Shown here: piece after piece, positions 9,856 to 20,869 of the stretch
Position numbering within the stretch: position 1 is the stretch's first letter
Layout: each line of letters begins with the position of its first letter
Source: Nitrospirota bacterium
GTDB lineage: Bacteria > Nitrospirota > Nitrospiria > Nitrospirales > Nitrospiraceae
Reading direction: 5' to 3'
Assembly (NCBI GenBank): GCA_963703955.1
Contig: CAVPGK010000023.1
Coordinates: 1 to 64,000, forward strand
Length of the DNA stretch: 64,000 nucleotides
Notes under the pieces: generated by a model
Told to the model about the DNA's origin: nothing
Seen by the model: only the letters and a program-made list of their open reading frames with translations
Database searches by the model: none
Translations under genes and position numbers: made by a program

Positions 9856-10338
9856 ATGCTAAAAAAGATCGTCACCTGTCCCGCGCTTGCCGACATCCTT
9901 TCGACGCATCGCGCAGAACGCCGACGCATTGTCTTTACGAACGGCTGTTTCGATCTCCTCCACGTGGGCCATACCAGATATCTGCAAGCCGCCCGTGATC
10001 TCGGTGACGTGCTCGTGGTCGGAGTGAATACCGACGCGTCTATCCGGGGGCTCAACAAGGGGACCGGTCGCCCGATCGTCCCCGAGTCCCAACGCGCCGA
10101 GGTGCTCGCTGCGCTGGCCTGTGTCGATTACGTGATCTTGTTCGACGAGCCTGACCCGGGGCGTCTGATCGCCGACCTTCAACCCGATGTCTTGGTGAAG
10201 GGGGGGGATTGGGGCCTAGACCAGATCGTCGGCCGAGAAATCGTCGAGGAGCACGGTGGGGTGATCAAGACGATTCCGCTCGTTCCGGGCATTTCCACCA
10301 CCACGATTGTGGAAAAGATCAGGAACGTGACTCGTTAG
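9856..10338 (+). CDS. rfaE2: D-glycero-beta-D-manno-heptose 1-phosphate adenylyltransferase
   Basis: FTNGCFDLLHVGH, VLVKGGD and STT motifs. Confidence 0.92.
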   Translation: MLKKIVTCPALADILSTHRAERRRIVFTNGCFDLLHVGHTRYLQAARDLGDVLVVGVNTDASIRGLNKGTGRPIVPESQRAEVLAALACVDYVILFDEPDPGRLIADLQPDVLVKGGDWGLDQIVGREIVEEHGGVIKTIPLVPGISTTTIVEKIRNVTR

Positions 10339-10415
10339 CCCTGGACTGTGAACGTACATGTCGATTGGAATCCGGACGTCTAACGAATAAGGCTCTTCAC
10401 GCATAACGGCCCGTC

Positions 10416-13400
10416 ATGCCTGTCGCGTCACGTTCAACATCGTATTGGGATGATCTCTTGCGGCCCGTGGGAGACGCCTTGCGCGCCGACCAGGGCCGGC
10501 CTTGCCTGACGGGCGTTCAGGGATCGACTGCGGCGTTTGCCCTGACGGCGCTGAGCCGCGTCGGTTCTCAGTCCTGGCTGATTGTGACCGCGTCAGAAGA
10601 GTCGGCCGATCGCTTGTCGGACGACCTGGAATTTTTTCACGACCTCCTTGGGCTGTCGCGGGAGTCACTCAGGCGGTTCCCTGAATGGGAAACCTTGCCC
10701 TACGAGGCGACCGCTCCTTCCGTCGCCTTGATTGCCAAACGAATGCGCACGCTCCATCGGTTGACGGAGGGCAGCCGGACCGTGCTGGTGACCTCTATCC
10801 CTGCTTTACTCCAACGAATCCTCCCTGTGTCGGCTTTTTCTGAGGGCAGCCTGAAACTGCGGCCGGGAGACACGATCGAACGCGATGCGCTGGTCTCGCG
10901 CCTGTTGCGGCTCGGCTACCGGCAGGGATCGGTGGTCGACATACCGGGAGAGTTCAGTATCCGGGGCGGCATCGTCGATATCTTCTCCACGGCGTACGAC
11001 GATCCCTTGCGGGTCGAATTTCTCGGCGACACCGTGGAATCGGTACGAATGTTCGATACCGCCACGCAGAAATCGACCATGACCCGACCGCACGGGTGGT
11101 TGCTCCCGGCGCGCGAACTGATTCATCCCGAAGACAGCCCGGAGAGCCGCACCGCCATTCCTTCGGATGCCGAATGGCGGGCGCCTGATCGTTATTCGGC
11201 GATGGCCACCCTGCTCGATTACTTTCCAAAGCCACCGCTCGTGGTCCTCGACCAACCACTGGCTTTGTCGAGCAAGGCGAAGGAGTTTCTCGATGAAGCC
11301 GACGAGGCTTACCTTCGCATCGGCGAGGAGGCGGAGGGCAGTCCGTATCCCACGCCGGAGAGGCTGTATCTCAGATGGAATGAGATAGTGGATCGCATCG
11401 CATCTTCGTCCTGGCTGGCCACCGAGCCTCTTGCGCCGCCCGATCCGTCATGGCAGCCGGTACTCTCCTTCCCGACGCAGTCACCCCTCAGCGTGGGGCT
11501 GGCCCAACGCGGCATGCCGTTTACCGAGACACTGACGAAGCTCGATCTTCTGCGCCAAACAGGCCCGGTCATCCTCGTGGCCCGCTCGGGCGGGCAAGTT
11601 GATCGCTTGCTGGCGCTGTTTACCGAACACGATCTGCCGGCCGTCCGGTGGAAGCCGCAGGACTGGATCGCGTCGCCGCAGAAGCCTCCATTCTCGTTTG
11701 TCCAGGGTGATCTCTCGACCGGCTTCGTCTCCGCCGAGGGACGGCTTGCCGTCATCACCGAGGAGGAATTGTTCGCCAAGGGCATGCGCCACCGGCCTCC
11801 CGCCAAAAGCAAGACCGCGACGTTTCTCTCGTCGCTGGAAGACCTCAACGCCGGTGATTACGTCGTGCACGTACAGCACGGGATCGGCCGCTATGAAGGG
11901 CTCCGCCGTCTGTCGGTTCAGGGATTCGACAGCGACTATCTGGTCCTTCGGTTTGCCGGCGGGGATACCCTCTACGTGCCGCTCGATCGGCTCAATCAGG
12001 TCCAGCGATACAAGGGCACGGAAGGCCACGTTCCCAAGATGGACAAGCTGGGCGGGAGCAGTTGGGGCCGAACGACCGCTCGCGTCAAGAAGGGGATCGA
12101 GGAAATGGCGCAAGAGCTCGTCGAGCTCTACGCCAACCGAGAGGTCGTGCACCGCGGGGAATACGGCGGCGACAGCACGCTGACCCATGCGTTCGAAGCG
12201 GCGTTCGAGTATGAAGAGACCCCGGATCAGCTCCGCGCCGTCGAGGACATCAAACGCGACCTCGAAGCCCCCAAGCCGATGGATCGTTTGGTCTGCGGCG
12301 ATGTGGGCTACGGCAAGACAGAGGTCGCGATGCGTGCCGCGTTCAAGGCGGTGGAGCACAACCGCCAAGTCGCGGTGCTCGTGCCGACGACCTTACTCGC
12401 CCAGCAGCACTATGAGAATTTCTCCCAGCGCTTCGGGCCTTTTCCGGCGCGAGTCGCCATGCTCTCGCGTTTCCAGCAGCCGAAGGAGATCAAGGCGGTT
12501 CTCCGCGACGTGGCGGCGGGGACGGTGGACGTCGTAATCGGCACCCATCGTCTGCTTCAGAAGGACGTACAATTTCGAAACCTGGGCTTGGTCATTATCG
12601 ATGAGGAGCAGTGGTTTGGAGTTCGTCACAAAGAGCGGCTCAAGCAGCTCAGGACCCAGGTGGACGTCCTCACGTTGACTGCGACGCCCATCCCTCGCAC
12701 CCTGCAGATGGCCATGTCCGGCGTGCGGGACCTGTCTGTGATCGAAACCCCGCCGGCCGGCCGTCTTGCGATCCGAAGCCAGGTCCTGCGTTTCCACGAA
12801 GAGACCATCCGGGAGGCCATCGTCCGCGAGTTGGGCCGCGGTGGACAGACCTTTTTCGTTCACAATCGTGTGCAGACCATGGAGCGGACCGCGACCTGGT
12901 TGCAGGAGCTGGTCCCCGAAGCCCGGATCGTCATCGCCCACGGACAGATGGACGAGCGGCTGCTGGAGGCCGTCATGTTCAAGTTCATCCACCGGGAGGC
13001 GGACGTCCTGGTCGCCTCAGCCATTATCCAATCCGGGCTGGACGTCCCGAACGTGAACACGATTATCGTGAACCGCGCGGATACGTTCGGTTTGTCACAA
13101 CTCTATCAACTCAGAGGCCGGGTCGGTCGGGCCGGACAACAAGCCTACGCCTATTTCTTGACGCCCGACGAAGCCACGCTCAGCAGCGACGCCCAAAAGC
13201 GATTGGTGGCGATCCAGGAGTTCACCGAATTGGGGTCGGGCTTTCGGATTGCGGCGGCTGACTTGGAAATACGGGGGGCCGGGAACTTCCTCGGCAAACA
13301 GCAATCCGGGCATATTACGGCGGTCGGGCTTGACCTCTACCTGCAAATGGTCGAGCAAGCGGTCCAGCAGCTCAAAGGGACGGTGGTCGAGGAAGAGCCC

Positions 13401-13856
13401 GATCCGATTCTGCGCTTGAACGTGTCAGCGTTCATTCCGGAGGACTATGTGAATGATCCCCACCACCGGCTGTCGCTTTACAAACGACTGTCCTCCAGCC
13501 CTCAGGTCGGCGACTTGGCTTTGCTGCATGGGGAAGTCCAAGACCGGTACGGGCCCCTCCCCGAACCGGTCGAACGTCTGTTCGAAGTCATGCAGATTCG
13601 ATTACTGGCCAAGGCCCTCCGTCTGTCCTCCATCGAGGTCAGGCCGGGGGCGGCGGTTATTACCTTCGATCCCAAAGTGCCCATTCCCGAGGCCGGCGTG
13701 CGAGGATTGATGGACCGTTATCAGCGTCGGTTTCGTCTCCTCTCCCCGCTTGCGTTCGAATTACAGATGTCTCAGGAAGACTGGGTGTCCATCGCCCCGG
13801 AGTTGACCGCAGCCTTACAAATGCTGATCGTCTGTGGTGCCAAGGGTCGCACGTGA
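10416..13856 (+). CDS. mfd: Transcription-repair coupling factor
   Basis: UvrB-like N-terminus, RID (VVHVQHGIG), GDVGYGKT, DEEQ, QLRGRVGR, TRG motif and TRCF C-terminus. Confidence 0.97.
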   Translation: MPVASRSTSYWDDLLRPVGDALRADQGRPCLTGVQGSTAAFALTALSRVGSQSWLIVTASEESADRLSDDLEFFHDLLGLSRESLRRFPEWETLPYEATAPSVALIAKRMRTLHRLTEGSRTVLVTSIPALLQRILPVSAFSEGSLKLRPGDTIERDALVSRLLRLGYRQGSVVDIPGEFSIRGGIVDIFSTAYDDPLRVEFLGDTVESVRMFDTATQKSTMTRPHGWLLPARELIHPEDSPESRTAIPSDAEWRAPDRYSAMATLLDYFPKPPLVVLDQPLALSSKAKEFLDEADEAYLRIGEEAEGSPYPTPERLYLRWNEIVDRIASSSWLATEPLAPPDPSWQPVLSFPTQSPLSVGLAQRGMPFTETLTKLDLLRQTGPVILVARSGGQVDRLLALFTEHDLPAVRWKPQDWIASPQKPPFSFVQGDLSTGFVSAEGRLAVITEEELFAKGMRHRPPAKSKTATFLSSLEDLNAGDYVVHVQHGIGRYEGLRRLSVQGFDSDYLVLRFAGGDTLYVPLDRLNQVQRYKGTEGHVPKMDKLGGSSWGRTTARVKKGIEEMAQELVELYANREVVHRGEYGGDSTLTHAFEAAFEYEETPDQLRAVEDIKRDLEAPKPMDRLVCGDVGYGKTEVAMRAAFKAVEHNRQVAVLVPTTLLAQQHYENFSQRFGPFPARVAMLSRFQQPKEIKAVLRDVAAGTVDVVIGTHRLLQKDVQFRNLGLVIIDEEQWFGVRHKERLKQLRTQVDVLTLTATPIPRTLQMAMSGVRDLSVIETPPAGRLAIRSQVLRFHEETIREAIVRELGRGGQTFFVHNRVQTMERTATWLQELVPEARIVIAHGQMDERLLEAVMFKFIHREADVLVASAIIQSGLDVPNVNTIIVNRADTFGLSQLYQLRGRVGRAGQQAYAYFLTPDEATLSSDAQKRLVAIQEFTELGSGFRIAAADLEIRGAGNFLGKQQSGHITAVGLDLYLQMVEQAVQQLKGTVVEEEPDPILRLNVSAFIPEDYVNDPHHRLSLYKRLSSSPQVGDLALLHGEVQDRYGPLPEPVERLFEVMQIRLLAKALRLSSIEVRPGAAVITFDPKVPIPEAGVRGLMDRYQRRFRLLSPLAFELQMSQEDWVSIAPELTAALQMLIVCGAKGRT

Positions 13857-14022
13857 ACGGATGCCTGGACGGCTTCCTGGCGGCATCTCAAGACGCACGT
13901 GCATGAGCGGCAAGCCCCACCACCCAGCCGGCATGACTCTGTGGCAGACCCCTCATCGTGCCATTTCCTTGCAACCTTGCTTGACAGCTTTGGGATCAGC
14001 CTGTAGGAATGATAGTGCACAG

Positions 14023-14982
14023 ATGAGACCGACCTTTCGACCAGACAGGTTTTCCATCGCTCGATCGCCCAGGTTCTCACGCCTCCTTGTGGGGGTTCTA
14101 TCGGTATTCTGGGGCCTGTTGGCCGGATTTTTCACCACTGGCGTAGGAGGATGCGCCCCGGACTTGCAGGAACCCCCGGCTCTTGCTATCGTCAACGGCA
14201 AGCCCATCACGCAGGGTGAGTTTGAATACCGCTGGTCTGAATTACCAGAAGCCACGCGCGAACGATATGAGAGCCAAGGGGGCAAGCAGAAATTTCTCAA
14301 TGACTTGATCTCCCGAGAAATTCTTCTCCAGGAAGCGCGCCGACTGGGGCTCGACCATAGCCTCGGCCTACAGGAACGTCTAGAAAGGGTTAAAGAACAA
14401 TTGATCCTGGACGAGCTGATGAAAGAATCGGTTGCCACGACCGTGCAGATCTCGGACGCTGAGCTGCGCGCCTACTATGACGCGCACCGCGCCGCCCTAT
14501 TGTCGGCGCTGCAGGTTCACGCAGCCCACATCCTCTTGTCCACCGAAGCACAGGCAAAAGACGTGAAACATCAACTGAATCAAGGGTATAATTTCGGGAG
14601 ACTGGCCCAACGTTACTCGATCGATGACAAAACGAAGACGAACGGGGGAGAGTTGGGTCTCTATCGTCCGGGCATGGCCGATCCGGGCGTCGAACCGGTC
14701 TTGATGACTCTCAAGCCCGGCATCGTCAGTGAGCCGGTTGAAACCCGTTCAGGTTTTCATCTGGTGAAGGTCCTCAGTCGCGATCCGGATGATGCCCAGC
14801 ACGTGGAGGCCGTTCGGCAGGGGCTTCGTAGAGAGTTGCTTGCGGAGAAACGGCGCAAGCAGTTTGAAGATGTATTGGTGAAATTGCGGGCACATGCGAC
14901 GGTTCGTGTCGCAACGGCCTCGGGACTAACGAGCCGTGCGACCGGGGCTCCACCTAGTGTGTCCGGTGTATCCGCCCCGTAG
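14023..14982 (+). CDS. PpiC-type peptidyl-prolyl isomerase (PrsA-like, probable lipoprotein)
   Basis: GGC lipobox-like, VNGKPIT, AHILL, GGELG, GFHLVK; start uncertain. Confidence 0.85.
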   Translation: MRPTFRPDRFSIARSPRFSRLLVGVLSVFWGLLAGFFTTGVGGCAPDLQEPPALAIVNGKPITQGEFEYRWSELPEATRERYESQGGKQKFLNDLISREILLQEARRLGLDHSLGLQERLERVKEQLILDELMKESVATTVQISDAELRAYYDAHRAALLSALQVHAAHILLSTEAQAKDVKHQLNQGYNFGRLAQRYSIDDKTKTNGGELGLYRPGMADPGVEPVLMTLKPGIVSEPVETRSGFHLVKVLSRDPDDAQHVEAVRQGLRRELLAEKRRKQFEDVLVKLRAHATVRVATASGLTSRATGAPPSVSGVSAP

Positions 14983-15027
14983 CGCTCATCCCCGACGCAT
15001 GCGCCCGCCGGCGCATGACCACGCCTC

Positions 15028-16020
15028 GTGACCATGACTGACAAGATGATTTCCGCTGAACGCGCTAGTCAGACCGTGCGAGGCCGGTCTTTTTCACTCT
15101 GGATCTGTGGAGCGCTTGTAGTTCTCGGAGTGCTGCTGTCCCCTCGCCCATTGCCGGCGGCCCATGTCACGGATCGGATTGTCGCCGTGGTCAACAACGA
15201 ACTGATCACCCTGTCGGAGCTCAAATCGGAAATCGCCTCGGAAGAGCAGCGTATCCAGGAACAGTATCAGGGAGCCGAGCGACAGCGGCGACTTCAACAG
15301 GTCGGCTATATGGGGCTCACCCGCATGATAGAGCGAAAGCTCCAGATGCAGTTGGCGAAATCCAAGGGCGTCGAGATCTCGGATGCCGATGTCCAACGGG
15401 CCATGCGCGAGCTCCAACGTCAGGGCGAGAAGGTTGATGAGGCGAATCCGAACGACCAGAAAGGCATTAAAGAACAGCTCATCTTACTGAGGGTGGTTGA
15501 GCGAGAGGTTCGGAGCGGCGTCATGGTGTCCGAGCAGGACATACAGCGGTACTATCGAGGGCATCAAAGCCGGTTTACCCTTCCGGCTGAATATCGAATC
15601 AGTCAGATCCTGATTGTGCCCAAATCATATGAGACCGCCGATGATGCGAGAGCCAGGGCTGAGTCGGTCTCTACTGCGCTCAAGCAGGGGGGCGATTTTG
15701 CAGATCTGGTGCTCAAGTATTCAGACGGACCTGAGTCGACCCGAGGCGGCAACCTTGGATTCGTCCGGCAGGGCGAGTTACTTCCTCCGATTGAACGGGC
15801 CCTAGCGGCGCTGCAACCCGGCCAGGTCAGCGAGCCGATCGAGAGCGCGCAAGGTTACCATCTCATCAGGCTGGATGAAAAGAAGGCATCCCAATTCAGG
15901 CCGTTTGCGGAAGTGAAGACCGAAATCCAAAGTCTCGTTTACCAGCAGAAGACCGAGGATATGTACCAACTGTGGATGGCGGATCTGAAGAATAAGGCCT
16001 TCATCGAAGTGAAGTTTTAA
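15028..16020 (+). CDS. surA: SurA-like chaperone/PPIase
   Basis: DRIVAVVNNELIT SurA N-domain; parvulin motifs SQILI, GGNLG, GYHLI. Confidence 0.85.
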   Translation: MTMTDKMISAERASQTVRGRSFSLWICGALVVLGVLLSPRPLPAAHVTDRIVAVVNNELITLSELKSEIASEEQRIQEQYQGAERQRRLQQVGYMGLTRMIERKLQMQLAKSKGVEISDADVQRAMRELQRQGEKVDEANPNDQKGIKEQLILLRVVEREVRSGVMVSEQDIQRYYRGHQSRFTLPAEYRISQILIVPKSYETADDARARAESVSTALKQGGDFADLVLKYSDGPESTRGGNLGFVRQGELLPPIERALAALQPGQVSEPIESAQGYHLIRLDEKKASQFRPFAEVKTEIQSLVYQQKTEDMYQLWMADLKNKAFIEVKF

Positions 16021-16089
16021 GAAGCCTATCAGTCAGCCATCAGGCGCTTCCTTTCCCTCCCCTCGAGGGCGGAGACAAGGGAGAGAAGC

Positions 16090-16701
16090 TCATGGCTTTT
16101 TTTCGATGATCATTTCCCGAATCAGTCCCCGGAGTTCATCCGACCCTTCGCGTGTGACGGAGGAATAGGAAACGAGGGGAGCAGCGGTCGGTAGCTGAAG
16201 AGTCTTCCGTATTGCGTCGAGGCTCTTGCGACGCGCTCCGCGAGTCAACTTGTCGATCTTGGTCGCCACTACCACGAGTCGAACGCCCAGCGACTCGAAC
16301 CACTCATACGTCATCACATCCTGGGCCTGCACCCGCCGCGCATCAACCAACAGGAGCACACCACAAAGCTCTGAGCGGCCTGTCAGGTACCGTTCGATCA
16401 TGGGTCCCCACTGTGCCCGGACAGATTTTGATACTTTCGCAAACCCGTACCCCGGCAAATCCACCAGGTAGAATGACTTGACTGCAGCGTCTTCCGTCGA
16501 GACGCGAAAGACGTTCAGCAGACGGGTCTTGCCCGGCGTGCCGCTCACTTTCGCCAAGCCGTTGCGGCTCAACAGGGCATTGATGAGCGATGATTTGCCG
16601 ACGTTCGACCGTCCGACGCAGGCCAGTTCGGGGATGTGATCATGAGGAAACTGGTCCAGGGATACACAACTTGTGACGAATTCGGCCGTGATGATTTTCA
16701 C
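16090..16701 (-). CDS. engB: Ribosome biogenesis GTPase EngB/YihA
   Basis: GRSNVGKSSLIN, PGKT, DLPGYG, TKID. Confidence 0.95.
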   Translation of the reverse strand: MKIITAEFVTSCVSLDQFPHDHIPELACVGRSNVGKSSLINALLSRNGLAKVSGTPGKTRLLNVFRVSTEDAAVKSFYLVDLPGYGFAKVSKSVRAQWGPMIERYLTGRSELCGVLLLVDARRVQAQDVMTYEWFESLGVRLVVVATKIDKLTRGARRKSLDAIRKTLQLPTAAPLVSYSSVTREGSDELRGLIREMIIEKKP

Positions 16702-16801
16702 GATCGCATTGGCTCCCACGCCGTCAGGGACACACTGCCGAGCTACCTCCGGTCTTCCCGTCCACGCTTGCCTGCCGTCGATTTTCCTGTATCATCGCTC
16801 T

Positions 16802-17518
16802 ATGGCGAAGTCAAACAAGCGTCACCCGATCACGCGTGTAATATTCGGACTGATCTTCCTGGCAGGGCTCTCGACGGCCGGCCTGGCGTTATACTGGCTG
16901 GTCACCTTCCCTGATGTGTCACGGCTGGCCACAAACAATCCGCCTTCCACTGCCCTCATGCAGGCTAGGCTGAGCGAACAGACTCGCCCGTCGAAACCGC
17001 GTTGGACCTGGGTACCACTCTCGAGAATCTCCCCGGATTTGCAGCGAGCGGTCATTGTGGCGGAAGACGCCTCCTTTTACCAGCATGAAGGATTTGATTG
17101 GAAAGGAATCCGCGAGGCGGCGGCAAGAGACTTGGAAACCGGCCGACTGCACAAGGGTGGGAGTACCATCACGCAACAACTCGCGAAGAATCTCTACCTC
17201 TCGTCGGAGAAGTCGCTGCTGCGCAAGGCCAACGAGGCCTTAATCACCCGCGCGCTGGAGCACCATCTGACCAAGAAGCGTATCTTGGAAATCTACCTCA
17301 ATGTGGTGGAATGGGGGAAAGGGGTGTATGGCGCGGAGGCCGCAGCGCGCCATCACTTTCACAAGTCTGCGCATGATCTGACGTCCGAAGAATCGGCTCT
17401 CCTCGCCGCGATGCTGCCCGCTCCGAGACTGTACGACCCATTGCGCCTCACCCGCTACCTCTCGGTCCGCCAACAGCAAATTTTGAGGAGGATGGGGATG
17501 AAAAACGAACACATTTGA
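16802..17518 (+). CDS. mtgA: Monofunctional peptidoglycan transglycosylase
   Basis: EDASFYQHEG, GGSTITQQLAKN, KKRILEIYLN; N-terminal TM helix. Confidence 0.93.
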   Translation: MAKSNKRHPITRVIFGLIFLAGLSTAGLALYWLVTFPDVSRLATNNPPSTALMQARLSEQTRPSKPRWTWVPLSRISPDLQRAVIVAEDASFYQHEGFDWKGIREAAARDLETGRLHKGGSTITQQLAKNLYLSSEKSLLRKANEALITRALEHHLTKKRILEIYLNVVEWGKGVYGAEAAARHHFHKSAHDLTSEESALLAAMLPAPRLYDPLRLTRYLSVRQQQILRRMGMKNEHI

Positions 17519-17649
17519 AGTAAGATCATATTGTTCGTGTTGGGTGTTCCGTCCCTCTCATCTTCAACCAGCCCCTACCTTTCGTTCAAACCGAGCTTGA
17601 TGAGGCCAAATCCTGAGAAAGGGCTTGAAGCATTCGGCAAAGGAGAGTT

Positions 17650-17970
17650 ATGGCCTGGGTGTATTTGGTCATCGCGGGAATCTTTGAAATTGTCTGGGCG
17701 ACCGGTTTGAAGTACACGGAAGGATTTACTCGGTTCTGGCCGAGCCTGGGAACCGCGGCGGCCATGGCCGTAAGCGTCTGGCTCTTGGCGGTGGCACTGA
17801 AGACAATCCCAGTCGGAACCGGCTACGCCGTCTGGACAGGTATCGGTGCGGCCGGAACAGCCCTCATGGGGATTCTGCTGTTCGGCGAGTCACGAGAGAT
17901 CCTCCGGATCCTGTGCATCCTGTTGATCGTCGCCGGAATCGTCGGGTTGAAATTGTCATCAAGCCATTAG
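17650..17970 (+). CDS. sugE: SMR-family exporter (Gdx/SugE)
   Basis: [31 protein letters not shown] aggag. Confidence 0.92.
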   Translation: MAWVYLVIAGIFEIVWATGLKYTEGFTRFWPSLGTAAAMAVSVWLLAVALKTIPVGTGYAVWTGIGAAGTALMGILLFGESREILRILCILLIVAGIVGLKLSSSH

Positions 17971-18407
17971 CGCGGCTCATCCATATCCCCTACCTCGGCA
18001 TACTGGTGTTCGCCGAAAATCGCGGAGTCATACCGGTAGTGTTTGAACTCGAGTAGGTTGTGGGAAGGATCCTCGAGGAAGAACGTCTGGTGCTCGATCC
18101 GTGTGCCGGCATACCGGCGACGTGGGTGCTGGTAGAACCTGAGCCCTTTCGCGTTGGCTCGATCGACCAACTTCTGCCAATCCTCCGCGGCGGAAAAGAT
18201 CAAGCCGAAGTGACGCGGGTAAATCCCCTGTTGTCGTTCGAGTGTCTCCGACGTGAGCTGGGCGACAATCTGATGGCCTGCCAATTCGAGGGTCACGGCT
18301 GAGGAGGATTCGCGGCCCAGCGTACACCCGAGTCCGTCCACATAGAACCGCTTGGCCTCTTCAAGATTGTGGACCGGAAACGCCAGATGAAACAGCACCT
18401 GCCCCAT
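17967..18407 (-). CDS. VOC/glyoxalase family protein
   Basis: FHLAFPV, GHQIVA, PRHFG, FLEDP.HNLLEFK. Confidence 0.88.
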   Translation of the reverse strand: MGQVLFHLAFPVHNLEEAKRFYVDGLGCTLGRESSSAVTLELAGHQIVAQLTSETLERQQGIYPRHFGLIFSAAEDWQKLVDRANAKGLRFYQHPRRRYAGTRIEHQTFFLEDPSHNLLEFKHYRYDSAIFGEHQYAEVGDMDEPR

Positions 18408-18655
18408 ATTCCCTCAATCATCTCTCACAACTACCCTTATCACTTTACCCCTATGATCTCCATTCAATCAAATCCCGCGGTCCTTATGCTTCGGGTGGTT
18501 TGGGAGCCCGGTTGACGTTGTTATGGTGAATAGTGACGGATAGCGCATTCATTCGATTTATCAGAGCGAAACCCAGATGAGGGAAACTTCTCATCGGAGG
18601 CGGGCCGACCCCAGCTTGCCGCTTTTGTTTAGAAGCCCGAGAATCCTGCGCGCCT

Positions 18656-19582
18656 TTAGTGGAACCGATCCGAGACCACCGGCTTGCCCTTTCCCCTCCA
18701 ATATCCGGCGGCCATGTGTGGAGTTGTGTGCCGAATCGCGAGATGACCGTCCCGAGTCAGAACCAGCGCGCCGGCGCATCCGCGAATCCGCAAGAGGAGT
18801 TTGTTCAGGACCGACTTCGCCGCAACGGCCGGGCTGGCGCCTGTGATTAATCGGTCGGCAATTTCCTTTGCTACAACCACTCTGATGATCCCTTCACCCA
18901 CACCGGTCATTGAGATGGCACCGGCGGCATCATCCGCATAGACCCCGCATCCGATCAGCGGCGTGTCGCCGACTCGTCCCGGCAGCATGAGCGCCACGCC
19001 GCCTGTCGAGGCGCCGGCGGCAACATGCCCCTGCTCATCGAGCGCAACGGCGCCAACCGTCTCGAGTCCAAGACTGTGCCCTCGTCTCAATCTCTGATAA
19101 AGAGACAGCGTTTTTCCGGAGAACTTCCCACGCGTCGCAGAGGCGATCAAAGCAGCCCGGCCGGAGCGCTTGGGCAAAGGTTGCCGTTCAAGCTTGAAAT
19201 AGCGGGCGAACCGTGTGGCGGGTGGACCAACGAGCAAGACATGCTCGCTTTCCTGCATCACGAGCTTGGCCGCGGTAATCGGATGACGCACCCCTTCGAT
19301 CGCTGCGACCGCGCCGGCACGAAGTTCCCGGCCTTCCATGATTGAGGCATCCATCCGTCTGACCCCATCCAATTGCAGGCGAGCGCCCACCCCGGCATTA
19401 AACAGACCGGACGCCTCTAGTACCCGAATGGTCGTCTCCACGGCCTCGATCGCTTCTCCGCCGTGTTCCAGGAGCTGATACCCTCCCACCAACGCCTCAG
19501 CCAGACATGCGCGTTGAGGCGCCGTTAAGGCCTGCCGGCCGGCGCCGCCATGAGCCGCAATGAGTAGTCGAGAACGTTTCAA
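18656..19582 (-). CDS. iaaA: Isoaspartyl peptidase/L-asparaginase (Ntn hydrolase)
   Basis: HGGAG, FNAG, MDASIM, TVGAVA (nucleophile Thr), STGG, GRVGDTP. Confidence 0.9.
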   Translation of the reverse strand: MKRSRLLIAAHGGAGRQALTAPQRACLAEALVGGYQLLEHGGEAIEAVETTIRVLEASGLFNAGVGARLQLDGVRRMDASIMEGRELRAGAVAAIEGVRHPITAAKLVMQESEHVLLVGPPATRFARYFKLERQPLPKRSGRAALIASATRGKFSGKTLSLYQRLRRGHSLGLETVGAVALDEQGHVAAGASTGGVALMLPGRVGDTPLIGCGVYADDAAGAISMTGVGEGIIRVVVAKEIADRLITGASPAVAAKSVLNKLLLRIRGCAGALVLTRDGHLAIRHTTPHMAAGYWRGKGKPVVSDRFH

Positions 19583-19601
19583 TGGAGCACTGCGCGCGAA
19601 G

Positions 19602-20174
19602 TTAATTGAGCAGGAGGTCTTTGGCTTTTCGGTAGGTTGGATCTTTCATCCGATCAAGATCATTGCGCACGAAGCCAAGGCCGGTCACGCACAGCTCAAA
19701 ATTCTCCGACAGCTTCTTGAAGAGCGACCCGAGACCATTGACTTCGCCTACGTGAAAATTGGCCACCAAACCATAGGAACGTTTCCCCGTCTTGACGTAA
19801 TCAACGAGGAAGTCTTTGTGATAGATCAGGCTCTCGGTCTTGAGCCGGCGGAGGTACTCGGGGAATAGCCCAGCCATGAAGAGCGTAAAGTCTCCGATAT
19901 GGCGATGCACCTCTCGCTCGCGATCGAGCGACTCGGCCTCCAACAGCACTTCCGATTCGAACAGCATGTCCACGACAGCATCGACCTTGTCTCCAGTCTT
20001 GTTTCGAATTCGATAGAGTTGGTCGGCATGCGTAAATTCGACCAAAAGATTAGACACATATTCGGTGATATTTACGTCCGGCCAGCCCAGCAGTACAGCA
20101 AAGTTTTTCTCGGTGAGCGCGCCGAACAACCGGCGAAGTGGATGATGCTCAGGGATCCGGGTCTCCATGTCCAC
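19602..20174 (-). CDS. Conserved hypothetical protein
   Basis: 190-aa co-oriented ORF with a HIGDFTLF..G.FPE...Y...GKRSY pattern. Confidence 0.75.
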   Translation of the reverse strand: MDMETRIPEHHPLRRLFGALTEKNFAVLLGWPDVNITEYVSNLLVEFTHADQLYRIRNKTGDKVDAVVDMLFESEVLLEAESLDREREVHRHIGDFTLFMAGLFPEYLRRLKTESLIYHKDFLVDYVKTGKRSYGLVANFHVGEVNGLGSLFKKLSENFELCVTGLGFVRNDLDRMKDPTYRKAKDLLLN

Positions 20175-20291
20175 CTCCCTCTCATCTCAGTATGCCACCC
20201 TGCTTTTCCGCTGGCAAGTTCAACGTTGACCAGCACTTCCACACGCCGACCGGCTAGGCTACGCGCAGGAATGGTGAAGCCATGACAAGAA

Positions 20292-20762
20292 TCACCGGTT
20301 TTCATGACCCGCTTCGATGCGTCCTTTGCTATCAAGAATGAAGGTCACAGGGCCGTCGTTCTCCAGCGACACCCGCATGTGCGCGCCGAATCGGCCGCGC
20401 TCAACTTTGACCCCGCGAGCGTGGAGCCCGGCGATCACGCGCTCATAAAGCGTTCGTGCCATATCCGGCGGCGCGGCCTGATCGAACCCGGGCCGACGCC
20501 CTTTTTCCGTTTCACCTAACAGCGTGAACTGTGAGACCATCAACGCCGCGCCGCCTGTGTCCTTGAGCGAGAGATTCATTTTCCCCTGCAGATCACTAAA
20601 GATGCGGAGCGTCGAAATCTTCTCGATCATGTACCGGATGTCCGGTTCTCCATCACCCTTGGCCACGCCCAACAGCACGAGCAGGCCATGGTCGATCCTC
20701 CCGACCACTTCCCCCTCGGCTTCAACGGCGGCCCATGTCACACGTTGTATCACCGCCTTCAT
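20292..20762 (-). CDS. dtd: D-aminoacyl-tRNA deacylase
   Basis: [19 protein letters not shown]. Confidence 0.96.
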   Translation of the reverse strand: MKAVIQRVTWAAVEAEGEVVGRIDHGLLVLLGVAKGDGEPDIRYMIEKISTLRIFSDLQGKMNLSLKDTGGAALMVSQFTLLGETEKGRRPGFDQAAPPDMARTLYERVIAGLHARGVKVERGRFGAHMRVSLENDGPVTFILDSKGRIEAGHENR

Positions 20763-20869
20763 AGTGTAGACGCGAGATTCGAGGCAAAAGGCGCTAGGCT
20801 AAAGACCCCATCTGCAGACACATAAAGACAGCGGCCCATGAAGGTCTCACGGCCCAGCCTTCTTCGCGC

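Noticed and set aside
17519..17649. Guanidine riboswitch upstream of sugE/gdx
   Set aside because: I could not find twin ACGR-loop hairpins or other ykkC-class consensus by eye; an Rfam scan would settle it
18484..18552. rpsU-like remnant (SVTIHHNNVNRA) on the - strand
   Set aside because: Too short and ends after 22 codons; could be chance
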